Of a stretch of DNA of 64,000 nucleotides, positions 53,701 to 63,000 are shown in pieces. Position 1 is the stretch's first letter; each line of letters opens with the position of its first letter. A program made the translations under genes and the position numbers. The notes beneath the pieces are model-generated. The model made no database searches and was not told where the DNA came from. It saw only the letters and a program-made list of their open reading frames with translations. Where the stretch lies: contig DCUZ01000073.1 of NCBI GenBank assembly GCA_002327305.1, forward strand, positions 2,623 through 66,622, read 5' to 3'. Source of the stretch: Holophagales bacterium UBA2201 (lineage in GTDB: Bacteria; Acidobacteriota; Thermoanaerobaculia; UBA2201).

Positions 53701-54979
53701 CGGTCTTGCGCATTTCAAACCAGTGGACCCCGGCTCGGTCACTGCCGACGTCCTCGGCGAAGCACCCGACGAGGGTCTGATAGTCTCCCCAGTTGCGGTA
53801 TTGGAGGGGGAAGTGGAGGGGCTCGCGGATGGGGTCAATCTTCTGGCTTGTCCCGGGTTGGGGCATACAGTTCCAATTGCCGGAACTTCCGCAGAGGGTG
53901 TGGTCGTACTCGGCGATCTTGATGTCCGGCAGCTTGGTCATGACGGAGTTGCCCGGCGTGGCCCAGTCCACCAGGACGGAATAGATCTCCATGATGTCGC
54001 ACGGTTCCGGGGAACACGATTTGCCGGTATGGATCTCGGTGTCCACGGGGCGGAGGAAGTAGCCCGGCTGGTTGCCGGCGGGAGGAAGCCCGTCCCCCTC
54101 GTGTCCGCCCGGAAGGAAGAGCTGAAAGCCGAAGGCCGACAGGGAGGGGGGGGTGAACTTCATGAAGGTGGCGGGAAGGCCCTGGAGCATCTTGGCCCGG
54201 TCCAGGGCCACCAGGTCCCTTCCGCCGCTTCCCGCGTTGAGGCCGATGAGGTAGGAGCCCTCCAGGTACTGGCCGTCGCCGTTGGTGTCAAGGGGCCAGA
54301 CGCCGTATTTGGGATAATCGGGAGTACCGGTCTCCACGTTCAGGAACTGGTAGGCGTACCAGGTTCCCGTGGGATCGGGTGTGGTGGAGACATAGACGCA
54401 CAGATGGCCGCCACTGGAGGGGAACTCGCTCAAGATCCACCGGTCGGCGGCCTCGTCGTAGTTGACGATGGGGTCGCAGTAACCGGTGTTGCAAGGCGAG
54501 CCGCTTGCGAGGGAGTCGAGCTCGAAGTGGGCCTGCTGGGTCCCGCTTTTGTTGAAGATGCGGGCGATGGAGGTGCCGCCGCTGTTGGATCCCTGAACGA
54601 AGTGGTTCGGGCCCACGTCGCCGGTGGTGTCGGGGGGGGAGGAGGAGGACTGGTACCCCGCGAAGTTGAGGATGGGGGTGCCGAAGGCCAGCGCCTGGGG
54701 CGGGTCGGGGGCGGGGGCGCGGTCCTGCAGGTCGATGAGGGGATTGTAAAAGGGCTTGCCGTCCTGGCTGGGGCCGGAAAAACCGTAGTCCTGCCGCCTC
54801 GCCGCCTCAGGGCCGTAAGGGGTCCACGATTCGTCTATCGGGGGGAGGTCGCGGACGGCGGTGCTGATGGTCGGGGCGAACGGTTCGCTCACATAGGTGG
54901 GGCCGCTGTCGGCGCCGAGCCACGCGGCGCACGCCAAGGCGAGGCAGATCACAAATGTGCGGAATACCGGATGGTTCAT
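50711..54979 (-). CDS. giant (~1420 aa) cysteine-rich secreted multidomain protein with two MAM-like / jelly-roll domains, paralog of 46076..50164
   Basis: Signal peptide MNHPVFRTFVICLALACAAWLGA with a GGAGG RBS. The N-terminal ~520 aa are homologous to the Big1 N-terminal domain. It also has FN3-like repeats and two domains with WTTL...RFRY...WYW(M/E)(V/L)DNV motifs. The last residue is Cys. Confidence 0.75.
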   Translation of the reverse strand: MNHPVFRTFVICLALACAAWLGADSGPTYVSEPFAPTISTAVRDLPPIDESWTPYGPEAARRQDYGFSGPSQDGKPFYNPLIDLQDRAPAPDPPQALAFGTPILNFAGYQSSSSPPDTTGDVGPNHFVQGSNSGGTSIARIFNKSGTQQAHFELDSLASGSPCNTGYCDPIVNYDEAADRWILSEFPSSGGHLCVYVSTTPDPTGTWYAYQFLNVETGTPDYPKYGVWPLDTNGDGQYLEGSYLIGLNAGSGGRDLVALDRAKMLQGLPATFMKFTPPSLSAFGFQLFLPGGHEGDGLPPAGNQPGYFLRPVDTEIHTGKSCSPEPCDIMEIYSVLVDWATPGNSVMTKLPDIKIAEYDHTLCGSSGNWNCMPQPGTSQKIDPIREPLHFPLQYRNWGDYQTLVGCFAEDVGSDRAGVHWFEMRKTGSGAWVSHQEGVLATTSGSNTINRSVCSAAMDSSGNIAVGYTRTGSLAPYYPSIYYAGRLATDPLGTMPYYEYVIQDASTSKTNNERWGDYAGIGVDPSDGCTFWFVTEYGGSGQTKIAAFKFDACGCLAVPPAPTASAWVPGDNEINISWNDSATSTITRYWVYRSTTAGGPYEQIAEVADDNSPTYIYTDGTVSGGTRYYYVVKSNDGAACTSPTSSEVNALATGACTLSPTFAGIASVINPASATCILNLSWSSGTSNCSGSVTYNIYRSTTSGFTPGEGNRIAAGVTGTTYQDLDNLASGTTYYYVVRSVDSVNGFEEANTHEESGAPFGPGGGPQTYIDEAFGTGDPPAGWTIANGGTGTQRWTTLNPGGRTIPAGMTAPIEIIDSDRDGSGVSQDDSLITPAFDCTGASTVTLEFDTYYYHYSGSVAYIDVSNNNGSTWTTHTSWTTTVGTSSTASHRTLDITALAGTAAQVKVRFRYTGTYGWYWMVDNVLVTGFVPVPCSTGSSCANNPSLVSVIPDGPLTLCAGTAQLLSASPTGGVGMTYQWYDGLNPIGGATASTYSANDTGTHLYNCHIKGSGCSSAMSDALPTQITWQAEPTFVGLGSVTNPGEATCTLDLDWDAGTTPCPGGVTYNVYRDTSPGFTPAIGNRIAAGVTGTTYQDTDSLESGTPYYYKTRAVTVQNGIEETNTVERSGAPTGSGGGPFTALALENFEGAWGTYGDNPPAGWTIEDHGSIPGTWNTNDWYRYNKGGSYGYIARVNYSPVENQDEWLITPAFNLPAGASSANLEYDHYFYVYSTPDEYGYVDFMSDQTPSWTNLITYTATTGTTSLYNHGTLNLLPYAGQTNCKVRFRYVAQDDWYWELDNVKVTGIVDNPCVTGAPYPAAVQTAHWTGGALAWAADPKATNGYSVFRGVPADLPSLLVDGVPDACLRATTPAPDQTSVDLSADDPSGVSGGFYWYLIRGEGSGGSGPFGAASTGPRVLNSSGPC

Positions 54980-54992
54980 GATCCCTCCTGTG

Positions 54993-57239
54993 TTAGGGCT
55001 GGAGCAGGGCGTCGGCGGCGGAGCGGAGATACTTGTCCCTCCCTCCCGCGAACGCCTTCCAGAGTTCCGGGCCCCCGGGCTCGATGAGCGCGGCGGCGAT
55101 GGCCTCGAAATCGAAATCAGCGGCATTATACCTTAGATAATAGTCATCAAGCCGGGGGTAATGCTCGTCGAAGACCTGGACTTTGCCGGCCTTTGCGCCG
55201 CGGAATTCCCGATCGAGGACCGGCTTCCCGTCCGAACCGACAACCCGGACCACCCACTGTTCCACGCGGGTCCGGCCCCGCAGGGGCGGGTAGCCGCCCT
55301 CCGGCCGCTCCTGGGAATAGCGGCGCTCGTCGAAGCGCAGGGTTGCGTCCACGGAGAGCGGTCCGAGGCGTTCCTGAACGGCCGGATCGAGGAGGGCCTC
55401 CATCAGGCGGACGAGGCGGGGGTCCGTGACCTGGCCGTCGAGCTCCAGCATGCGGAACGCTACGGCCCGGCGGATTGGAGCCGGGCCCTCGGCGAAGGCC
55501 TTTTGGAGGGCGGTGTGGTCCTGGAACTCCAGCACCTCAGCGACCCTCCCTCCCAGGGGCCCATCCGGGGGATGGAGATCCGCCCGGACGAGGGGACGGA
55601 CCGGGTGGACCAGGTCGCGCCATATCCGCTCCCGCAGGCCGGGGTCGGCCACATGGCCGACCACCCGCATTTCATACAGCCGCTTGCACGCGGCACGCCG
55701 TACATCCTCATCGGCGTCTGTCAGCGCCACCCGCTCCAGCACGGCGGGGTCGCTCATCTGCAGGGCCGCCTGTTTTCTCAGCTTCCAGTCCGATCCGTCG
55801 GACAGGTAGGCCTCCAGGGTCTCGGGGTCGGTCAGCCGCCCCATGGCCGCGGAGCGGACGGAGGCGCTCGCGTCGGTCCGGATGACCCGGCTCAGGATGG
55901 CCGGGTCCAGCAGGCGGACGCAGGCGTTTTTGCGGACCAGCGGCGAGGGGTCCTTCAGCGCCAGGTCCTGGAACAGCGCCGGTTCGTCCGGCAGTTCCAG
56001 GACGGCCCTGGCCCGGACGGCACCGTCGGGGTCCTCCAGGGCCGACCTCAGCGCGGCGGGGTCGCCCACCCGGGCGACGGCCTCCCGTCTCACCAGGGGC
56101 GAAGGGTCCTCCCGGAGGATCCGGGCCAACAGAGCGCGATCGTTCAGCCGCCCCGCGGCGCGGGCGCGGACGGCCTCGCTCCCGTCCTCCCGAGCGAGGC
56201 GGCCCAGGGTCCTGGGGTCTTCCAGCCGTCCCACCGCCGCGAGCCGGATCCCGGGGTCGTCCGTTCCTTCAGCGAGTTTGGCCAAAAGCGCCGGGTCCTT
56301 AACCTGTCCGATGGCCGCCAGGCGGACCGGTAGGGGCTGGTCGGGCCGGGTCAGTTGGGTCAGGAGGGCGGCATCGTCCAGGCGCGCGGCAGTCGCGGCG
56401 CGCACGGCCGGATCCTCGTCGCCCTTCCGGGCGATGGCGCGAAAGAGTTCGGGATCGTCCATCATCCGGATCGCCAGGACCCTCAGGGCGGGGGCGTCCT
56501 TCCCCATGGCCACCGCTCCGTAGAGCGCCGGGTCGCCGATCTTTGCCATGGCCTGTTCGCGGAATTCGGCGTCGCTCGTCTCCCCGGCGATGGCCAGGAG
56601 GAGGTACTTGTCGGTCAGGGCGCCCAGGGCGGCCTTCCGGACGCCGCGGTCATCGGAGGCGCGGACGATGGAGGCCAGCACCTCAGGGTCGCGGATGCTC
56701 CAGGCCGCCGCCTCGCGCACGCGGGGCTCGGGGTCGCGCGCGACGATGTCCCGCAGGACGGCCGGGTCCTTCAACAATTTCGCCGCGTTCTCACGCACCA
56801 GCGCGTCGGGGTCGGTCCGGGCCGCCTCCGCCAGAAGATCCTGGTTCCGCACCCGTCCGAGGGCCAGGTCGCGCAGGTACCAGTCGCCCTCGCGGAGTAC
56901 CTTTTCAACGAGGGCGGCGTCCGTGAGGCGTCGGATGGCGTCGGCCCGCACCGCCTTGCGCGGCGCCTCCAGCGCCAGCCGGCCCAGAAGGCCCTGGTCC
57001 TCCAGGCGAAGGACGGCTTCGAGGGCCACCTGCAGGGCGGGGTCGTTCATGGCCAGGTCGAACAGCTTCTCCGGGTCGTTTAGCCCGCGCACCTCCTCCA
57101 GCCGGTCCAGGACGGCATAGGTGGCCAGCGGCGCGGAGGGATGCCCCTCCTCGGGTTCCATCTCCTGGGCGGTCAGAGGCGCGGCGCCGGCCAGGAGCAG
57201 GCCCAGGACGGAAGAGAGGAAGACGGTGAGCAATCGCAT
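54993..57239 (-). CDS. secreted HEAT / PBS-lyase-like repeat protein (paralog of 43887..45986)
   Basis: Signal peptide MRLLTVFLSSVLGLLLAGAAPLTAQE. HEAT-like repeats. The C-terminal domain is conserved with the paralog (ERRYSQERPEGGYPPLRGR...). It ends 13 nt before the Big2 start. Confidence 0.75.
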   Translation of the reverse strand: MRLLTVFLSSVLGLLLAGAAPLTAQEMEPEEGHPSAPLATYAVLDRLEEVRGLNDPEKLFDLAMNDPALQVALEAVLRLEDQGLLGRLALEAPRKAVRADAIRRLTDAALVEKVLREGDWYLRDLALGRVRNQDLLAEAARTDPDALVRENAAKLLKDPAVLRDIVARDPEPRVREAAAWSIRDPEVLASIVRASDDRGVRKAALGALTDKYLLLAIAGETSDAEFREQAMAKIGDPALYGAVAMGKDAPALRVLAIRMMDDPELFRAIARKGDEDPAVRAATAARLDDAALLTQLTRPDQPLPVRLAAIGQVKDPALLAKLAEGTDDPGIRLAAVGRLEDPRTLGRLAREDGSEAVRARAAGRLNDRALLARILREDPSPLVRREAVARVGDPAALRSALEDPDGAVRARAVLELPDEPALFQDLALKDPSPLVRKNACVRLLDPAILSRVIRTDASASVRSAAMGRLTDPETLEAYLSDGSDWKLRKQAALQMSDPAVLERVALTDADEDVRRAACKRLYEMRVVGHVADPGLRERIWRDLVHPVRPLVRADLHPPDGPLGGRVAEVLEFQDHTALQKAFAEGPAPIRRAVAFRMLELDGQVTDPRLVRLMEALLDPAVQERLGPLSVDATLRFDERRYSQERPEGGYPPLRGRTRVEQWVVRVVGSDGKPVLDREFRGAKAGKVQVFDEHYPRLDDYYLRYNAADFDFEAIAAALIEPGGPELWKAFAGGRDKYLRSAADALLQP

Positions 57240-57344
57240 CGAAGCACCTCCGTTGGCGGGGATCGGACCGGCGGGGGGGCCGGGGAGCCCTTAGATTACC
57301 ATGTCCGGTGCCGGCCGTGCGACGGCGCGGGGCGTCCGCCCGGC

Positions 57345-59867
57345 CTATTCTCTCGGGTCCTCGAAGAACGCCCTGATCCGCATGCGCCCGGCCTCGTTTT
57401 TCCAAGTCTCGTGGAAGAGGCGGATCTCGGCGTCGTCCCAATTCGTCCGCCGCGCCTCCCCCGCCAGGGAGGCCGCCATTTCCAGCTCCCCCCGGCCCTT
57501 CAGGATGGAAGCGCGCATGAACAGCGTCCGGGCCTCGAAGAACCGGTCCAGCAGGGTCACGAACTCCGGGTCGGCGCCGGCGGGGAAAGCGAGGAGCCGG
57601 TCCAGGGCCTTCCGGTTGCGCCCGGCCAGGAGCTCCTCCATGTTGGCGGACCATGTGAAGGGGTGGAGGGAGGCGCCGGCCGGGTATTCGAGGACCGGCC
57701 GATCGTCGGTGACGGGGGGGACATCGGCCGTCCAGGCCTCCAGGTCCCGCGCCTCCATCAGCAAAAGCGCCAGCCAGTCCGCGCTCCGGGCCAGCCCTGA
57801 CCGGAGCAGGTCCTGCCGCACGGGGAGCCGTTCCAGGTTCCGGTCCCAATCGCCGGGATCGACGCGCAGGGGTTCGGTCCCCCCCAGGAGGATGGCGTGG
57901 GCGTGGCCCAGCCAGAGGGAGGATTCGGGGAAGACGCGGCGGAAGGTGGCCGCGGCCCTTTGCAGGTCCTCCGCCGTGATCCACCGAAGAGGCAGGTACT
58001 GCGCAACCCTACCCCCGGGTTTCAAGCGGCGCCGGACGAGTTCGAAATACTCCCGCGTGTAGAGGTTGCCCGACCCCAGGGCCGGGTGGGTGGGGTCGCA
58101 GGTGATGACATCGTAGGACCGGTCGTTCCGCAGGAGCCACTGCCGCCCGTCCCCCGGGATGAGGCGCACGCGCGGGTCCTCCAGCACCCCGCGGTTGTAG
58201 GCCTCGTAAAGAGGGGCCGCCCCGGCGATCTCCGGGCACAGTTCCACGCAGTCCACCCGCTCCACGGGCCAGGCCAGGACATGACGGGCCGTCACCCCCA
58301 GGCCGAACCCGACGACCAGGACCTCCCCGGCGTCGGGTGAGGCCAGGAGGGGGAGGTGGGCCAGCATCCGGACCACCTTCAGGGCGTCGTAGGTGGTGCC
58401 GCACACCGCGCTGTTGTTGATGTAACTCCACCGGACGCCCGTCCGGGCGTCCTCCACGACGGCGATGGTCCCCTCCACGGCGTCCCGGTGGAAAAGGAGC
58501 CGGTCGCTCCGATGGGCGTCGCGGAACACGGAGATGGGGAGGGGTTTGGGGAGATGGTCGTGGAGAAACAATGCCCCCGCCGTCAGGGCCACGGCGGCGG
58601 TGACCCAGAGGCCCGCCCGCGTGCGTTCCGCATCGCCGGCCGCACGGCGCGTCGCCAGGGCCAGGACGCCGTAGGCGATGCCGATGAGGAGGATGGAGCG
58701 CAGGGGGCCCGCCGCCGGCATCAGGAGGAACGCCGCCGCGGGGGCGCCGAGGACGGCGCCAAGGGTGTTGAGGCCGTAGAGCGTCCCCATCTCCCCGCCG
58801 GGCGGTTCCTTTCTGCCGGGGTGGAGGGCCACCAGGAGGGGGAGGAGGGTCCCCATGAGAAAGGCGGAAGGGAGAACGAGAAGGCCGGAGAGCATCAGGG
58901 GCGGGATCCAAATCTGCCGCCAGGGCGCCAGCAGAAGGGAGCGGAACCGGAAGAGGAGATCGGGACCCCAGACTGAGAGGGGGATGGTGGCCAGGGCCAA
59001 AACGGCAAGCCCCCCCAGAACCGCGGTCAGCCGGGCCGCCGCCCGTCCTTCGCGCCTGGAGAGGCGGCCGCCCCAGAGGCATCCCAGGCCGTATCCGGCC
59101 AGATAGGCGGCTAGGGTGAGGCCGAATGCCGTGTGGCGGTTGGGCAGGTAAACGGCCAGCAGACGCATCCAGTTCGTCTCCAGGGCCATGCCCAGAAACC
59201 CCAGGAGGGCCGCGGCGGCCGGGAGGAGGAAGGGGGAGGGGGCGTCGGGCCGGTCAAGGCGCGCCGGTTCCCGAAGTGGAGGGCCGGCGGCGATGGGGAT
59301 GGCGGAGAGGAACAGGACGGCGCCGGTGAAGAACGACGCGGTGATCCCCAGCCGGGGGATCAGGAGGAAGGTGGCGGTGAGGACCCCGGCGACCCCCCCC
59401 AGGGTGTTCCAGCCCAGGATGCGCCCCGTGCGGGTGCCGCGGTCCCCCTCTGCAGCGGTGGAGCGGTAGAGGAGGGGGAGGATGGCGCCCAGGAACAGGC
59501 CGGCGCCCGAAAGCAGAAGCCAGGCGATGGCGGCCTCCGCCGCCCAGGGCAGACGCCCGGTCACGAGAAGGGGGAGGAGGAAGGGGAGCATGGCCATCCA
59601 TGCGGCCCCGGCCGACTGGTTCCACGAAATGGCGGATCGGCCGAGGCGCCCCGCCAACGGGAGGCGTCCGGCTGCCCACGCCCCGAGCCCCATTCCGCCG
59701 AGGATGCCGGAAAGGACCACGGCCCAGGCCCCGGCGGTGGTCCCCAGCAGGACGGCCAGGCGGCGGGCCGCCGCCGGTTCAAGGCAGAACAGGGCGAAGC
59801 CGCACAAAAACGCGGCCGTCGCCATGCGCCGCGGATGCATGATCTTCATGGGTTGAAAGTGTACCAC
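57345..59867 (-). CDS. fused polytopic membrane domain (MFS-like) / spermidine-synthase-like aminopropyltransferase
   Basis: About 12 TM helices at the N-terminus. The C-terminal PABS-like fold motifs are VLVVGFGLGVTARH and ITCDPTHP. The exact start among the N-terminal Mets is uncertain. Confidence 0.8.
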   Translation of the reverse strand: MVHFQPMKIMHPRRMATAAFLCGFALFCLEPAAARRLAVLLGTTAGAWAVVLSGILGGMGLGAWAAGRLPLAGRLGRSAISWNQSAGAAWMAMLPFLLPLLVTGRLPWAAEAAIAWLLLSGAGLFLGAILPLLYRSTAAEGDRGTRTGRILGWNTLGGVAGVLTATFLLIPRLGITASFFTGAVLFLSAIPIAAGPPLREPARLDRPDAPSPFLLPAAAALLGFLGMALETNWMRLLAVYLPNRHTAFGLTLAAYLAGYGLGCLWGGRLSRREGRAAARLTAVLGGLAVLALATIPLSVWGPDLLFRFRSLLLAPWRQIWIPPLMLSGLLVLPSAFLMGTLLPLLVALHPGRKEPPGGEMGTLYGLNTLGAVLGAPAAAFLLMPAAGPLRSILLIGIAYGVLALATRRAAGDAERTRAGLWVTAAVALTAGALFLHDHLPKPLPISVFRDAHRSDRLLFHRDAVEGTIAVVEDARTGVRWSYINNSAVCGTTYDALKVVRMLAHLPLLASPDAGEVLVVGFGLGVTARHVLAWPVERVDCVELCPEIAGAAPLYEAYNRGVLEDPRVRLIPGDGRQWLLRNDRSYDVITCDPTHPALGSGNLYTREYFELVRRRLKPGGRVAQYLPLRWITAEDLQRAAATFRRVFPESSLWLGHAHAILLGGTEPLRVDPGDWDRNLERLPVRQDLLRSGLARSADWLALLLMEARDLEAWTADVPPVTDDRPVLEYPAGASLHPFTWSANMEELLAGRNRKALDRLLAFPAGADPEFVTLLDRFFEARTLFMRASILKGRGELEMAASLAGEARRTNWDDAEIRLFHETWKNEAGRMRIRAFFEDPRE

Positions 59868-59902
59868 GGCCCCGCCGGTGGCTCAAGGCGGGCGCAACCC
59901 CT

Positions 59903-59930
59903 TGACACAAGCGTGGCCTACCTATATATT
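59903..59930 (+). promoter_or_regulatory. sigma-70-like promoter TTGACA-16-TATATT for the gingipain-like gene
   Basis: Exact -35 hexamer with an AT-rich -10, about 80 nt upstream of an AAGGAGG RBS and the ATG at 60017. Confidence 0.55.
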
Positions 59931-60016
59931 GTATGCAATTACTTGGGTGAACAATCGAATCCATCGTTCGTCATAGACCCTGTAATTCCATGGGTCGGCA
60001 GATCAAGGAGGCAACC

Positions 60017-63000
60017 ATGAGGATCTGGATTTTCGTCTTCGTCATCGCATTGTCGGGTTTGACCGCCATGGCCGATGGAGGGGTTTGGTACCCCCTCGAC
60101 AAGGGGACCCCCCAACCCGAAGCGCCCCTGGTGTCCACCACCACGCAAGGGACCCAGCGCATCGAATTCGAGATCGACATTCCCGGGATCCTCGTCCGGG
60201 ATTTCGTCACGAAGGGGGGGACCTTCAAGGAACTCACCCTCCCCGGCCAGACCTTCGCGGGGGAATTGGGGCAGGCCAAGCTCCCCGCCCTGCGTCTTCT
60301 GGTGGAAGTGCCCTACCAGGCCTCCCTTTCCCTGCGGATGGGCGCCTCGGACACCCTGGACTATTTCCAGACCCAATTCGGCATCGCCGATTTCATCGTC
60401 CCCGTCCAGGAATCCATCCTCAAGACCCCGGACGGCTGGGACAACTGGCCCTACCACAAGGACGAGGCCTACTACGCCACCGATGCCTTCATGCCCGAGC
60501 CGGTCGCCCGCGTGACGGGCGTCTCGTTCCACCGCGGCCACCGCGTGGCCGTCGTGGAGGTCCAACCCTTTTCCTACAACCCAGCGAAAGGGATCCTCCG
60601 CGTCGCGACGCACCTCCGGTTCGACCTGGTCATGGAGGGGGGCGACGACGCGGCCACGCGCGCGGAACTGGCGCGCACCTTCTCCCCGGCCTACGAGGCC
60701 AACTTCTCGGAAATGGTTCTCAACTACGGCATGCTGAACGAGGCCCCGGCCCGCGGGGAGACCCGGACGAGCCACTGGGACGGCATCCTGGTCATCTCCG
60801 CCCCGGCCTATTACAGCTATGCGGAACCCCTCGTCCAATGGCGCCGGAAGATGGGCTACTTCGTCCAGCACGTGGACACGGGCACGACCGGGAGCACGAC
60901 CACGGCCATCAAGGCCTACATCCAGAGCGCCTACAACACCTGGACCAACCCGTCCCTCTCCTATGTCATCCTGGTCGGAGACACCGACACCATCCCCTCC
61001 CCCAACGGATCGGCCTGTTCCAGCTGCGCTTCCGACAGCGACTACGCCTGCCTCTCCGGCGGCGATAACCTGCACGACGCCTACATCGGCCGCATCTCGC
61101 TCGCCTCCACGGCGCAGGCCGCCGAGGTGTTCGACCGGTTCATGACCTACGCCAAGGCGGATTTCGTCCAGACGCCGTGGATCAAAAAGGCCTGTTTCTC
61201 CTCCTCCTGCGACTCCACCTACAACACCTACCACACCCATGAAGCCGTCCAGGCCGCCTACACCAAACCCGCCGGCTACACGGGGGAATATTATCCCGGC
61301 GGGACCGACCCGGGCGGCGACCTCATCCGGTGCATCGAGGACTATGGCGGCAGCGCTTCTGCCTCCGGTGACGATGTGGTGAATGCCCTCAACCACGGCC
61401 GCTCCATGATCGTCTACTCGGGCCACGGCAGCGTCAGCGACTGGTCCGGTCCCACCGTGACCCAGTCGAACCTTGCGGCCGCGACCTGCGGCGAGATGGC
61501 CCCCTTCATGGTGGGCCACTGCTGCGTCGCCCACAGCATCCGTTCCGCCTCCTTCGGCGAGGCCTGCGTGCGGGAGGTGGCCATCGGCTACTGGGGGTCG
61601 TCCGAAAGTTCCTACTGGGGCGAAGACGACTACATCGAGAAAGAGTGGTTCGAGAAGATCTTCACGAGCGGCCAGCACCGGATCGGGGAGTTCATGATCA
61701 ACACCATGCTCGATTTCTACGCCAACTTCTCCACGAGCCGGGCTGACTACTACATGGACATGTGCCTCCTGGGCGGCGACCCAACCATGGAGCTTTACAC
61801 CGAAGTGCCGCTCGCGCTCTCCGCGACGCACGCCTCCGCCCTCCCCGTGGGGTCCACCTCTTTCACCGTGACGGTCACCCGCTCCGGTTCTCCCCTGGAG
61901 GGCGCCCGTGTCTGCCTGACCAAGAGCGACGGCGGGGACGCCATCCATGAGTTCGGCACCACCGACGCCAACGGGGATGTCACGATCGCCATCAGCCCGG
62001 CCCTGGCGGGCGTGGGAGTGCTGAATGTCACCGCCACGGCCATCAATTCCATCCCCTACGAAGGGACGGCCAATGTCATCGTTCCCGAGGGGCCCTGGCT
62101 GACGCATGCCGGCCACGCCATCGACGATTCGGCGGGGAACGGGGACGGGATCGCCAACCCGGGCGAGACGATCGTGATGGCGGTGACGCTGACCAACATC
62201 GGGGCGGACGCGGGGACGGGGATCGCGGGGACGCTGACGGAGAGTTCGGACTTTGCCGCCGTCACGGACGGGGCGGCCGCCTGGCCGGACATCGCGGTGT
62301 CGGGCTCGGCACAGTCGAACGCCAACCACTTCGCGTTCACGGTGGGGGCGGGGGCGCTGAACGGTCATGTCATCCCGTTTTCGGTGGCGTGGAGCGCCGA
62401 CGGCCCCTACACGGGGGACACGGGGTTCGGCGTGCCGGTGTGCGCGCCGCTGGTCATATCGAGCGTGCAAGTGACGGCCATTACGGACAGCACGGCGACG
62501 GTGACCTGGACGACCAATGTGCCGGCGAATGCGCTGGTGACCTACGGGACGGGGGTGCCGCCGAATCTGACCCAGGGCAACCTGACGACCTACGGGACGA
62601 GCCACAGCGTGATGCTGACCGGCCTGACGGGGTGCACGAATTATTATTTCTCGGTGACCTCGCAAAGCGCGGGGTGCTACACGGCCACGGCCGACAACGG
62701 GGAGGCCTATTTCACCTTCAAAACCTACGGCCGGGTGTATGCCATGGGGCCCGACGATGTCGAGAGCGGAGCAGGGTACTGGGTAGGGTCTGGGGCGCCG
62801 AACGCCTGGCACATCAGCACCTGCCGGGCCAATTCCGGAACCCATGCGTGGAAGGCGGGCAACACTTCCTGTTCCTTGGATTATTCCGATGAGGGCGACG
62901 ACTATCTAACCTGGAGCCAAGATATCAATCTCGGTTCCGCCGGCCACGGGGCCCTTCTGATGTGGATGGAGTGGTATGACACGGAATCGGGCTTTGATTA

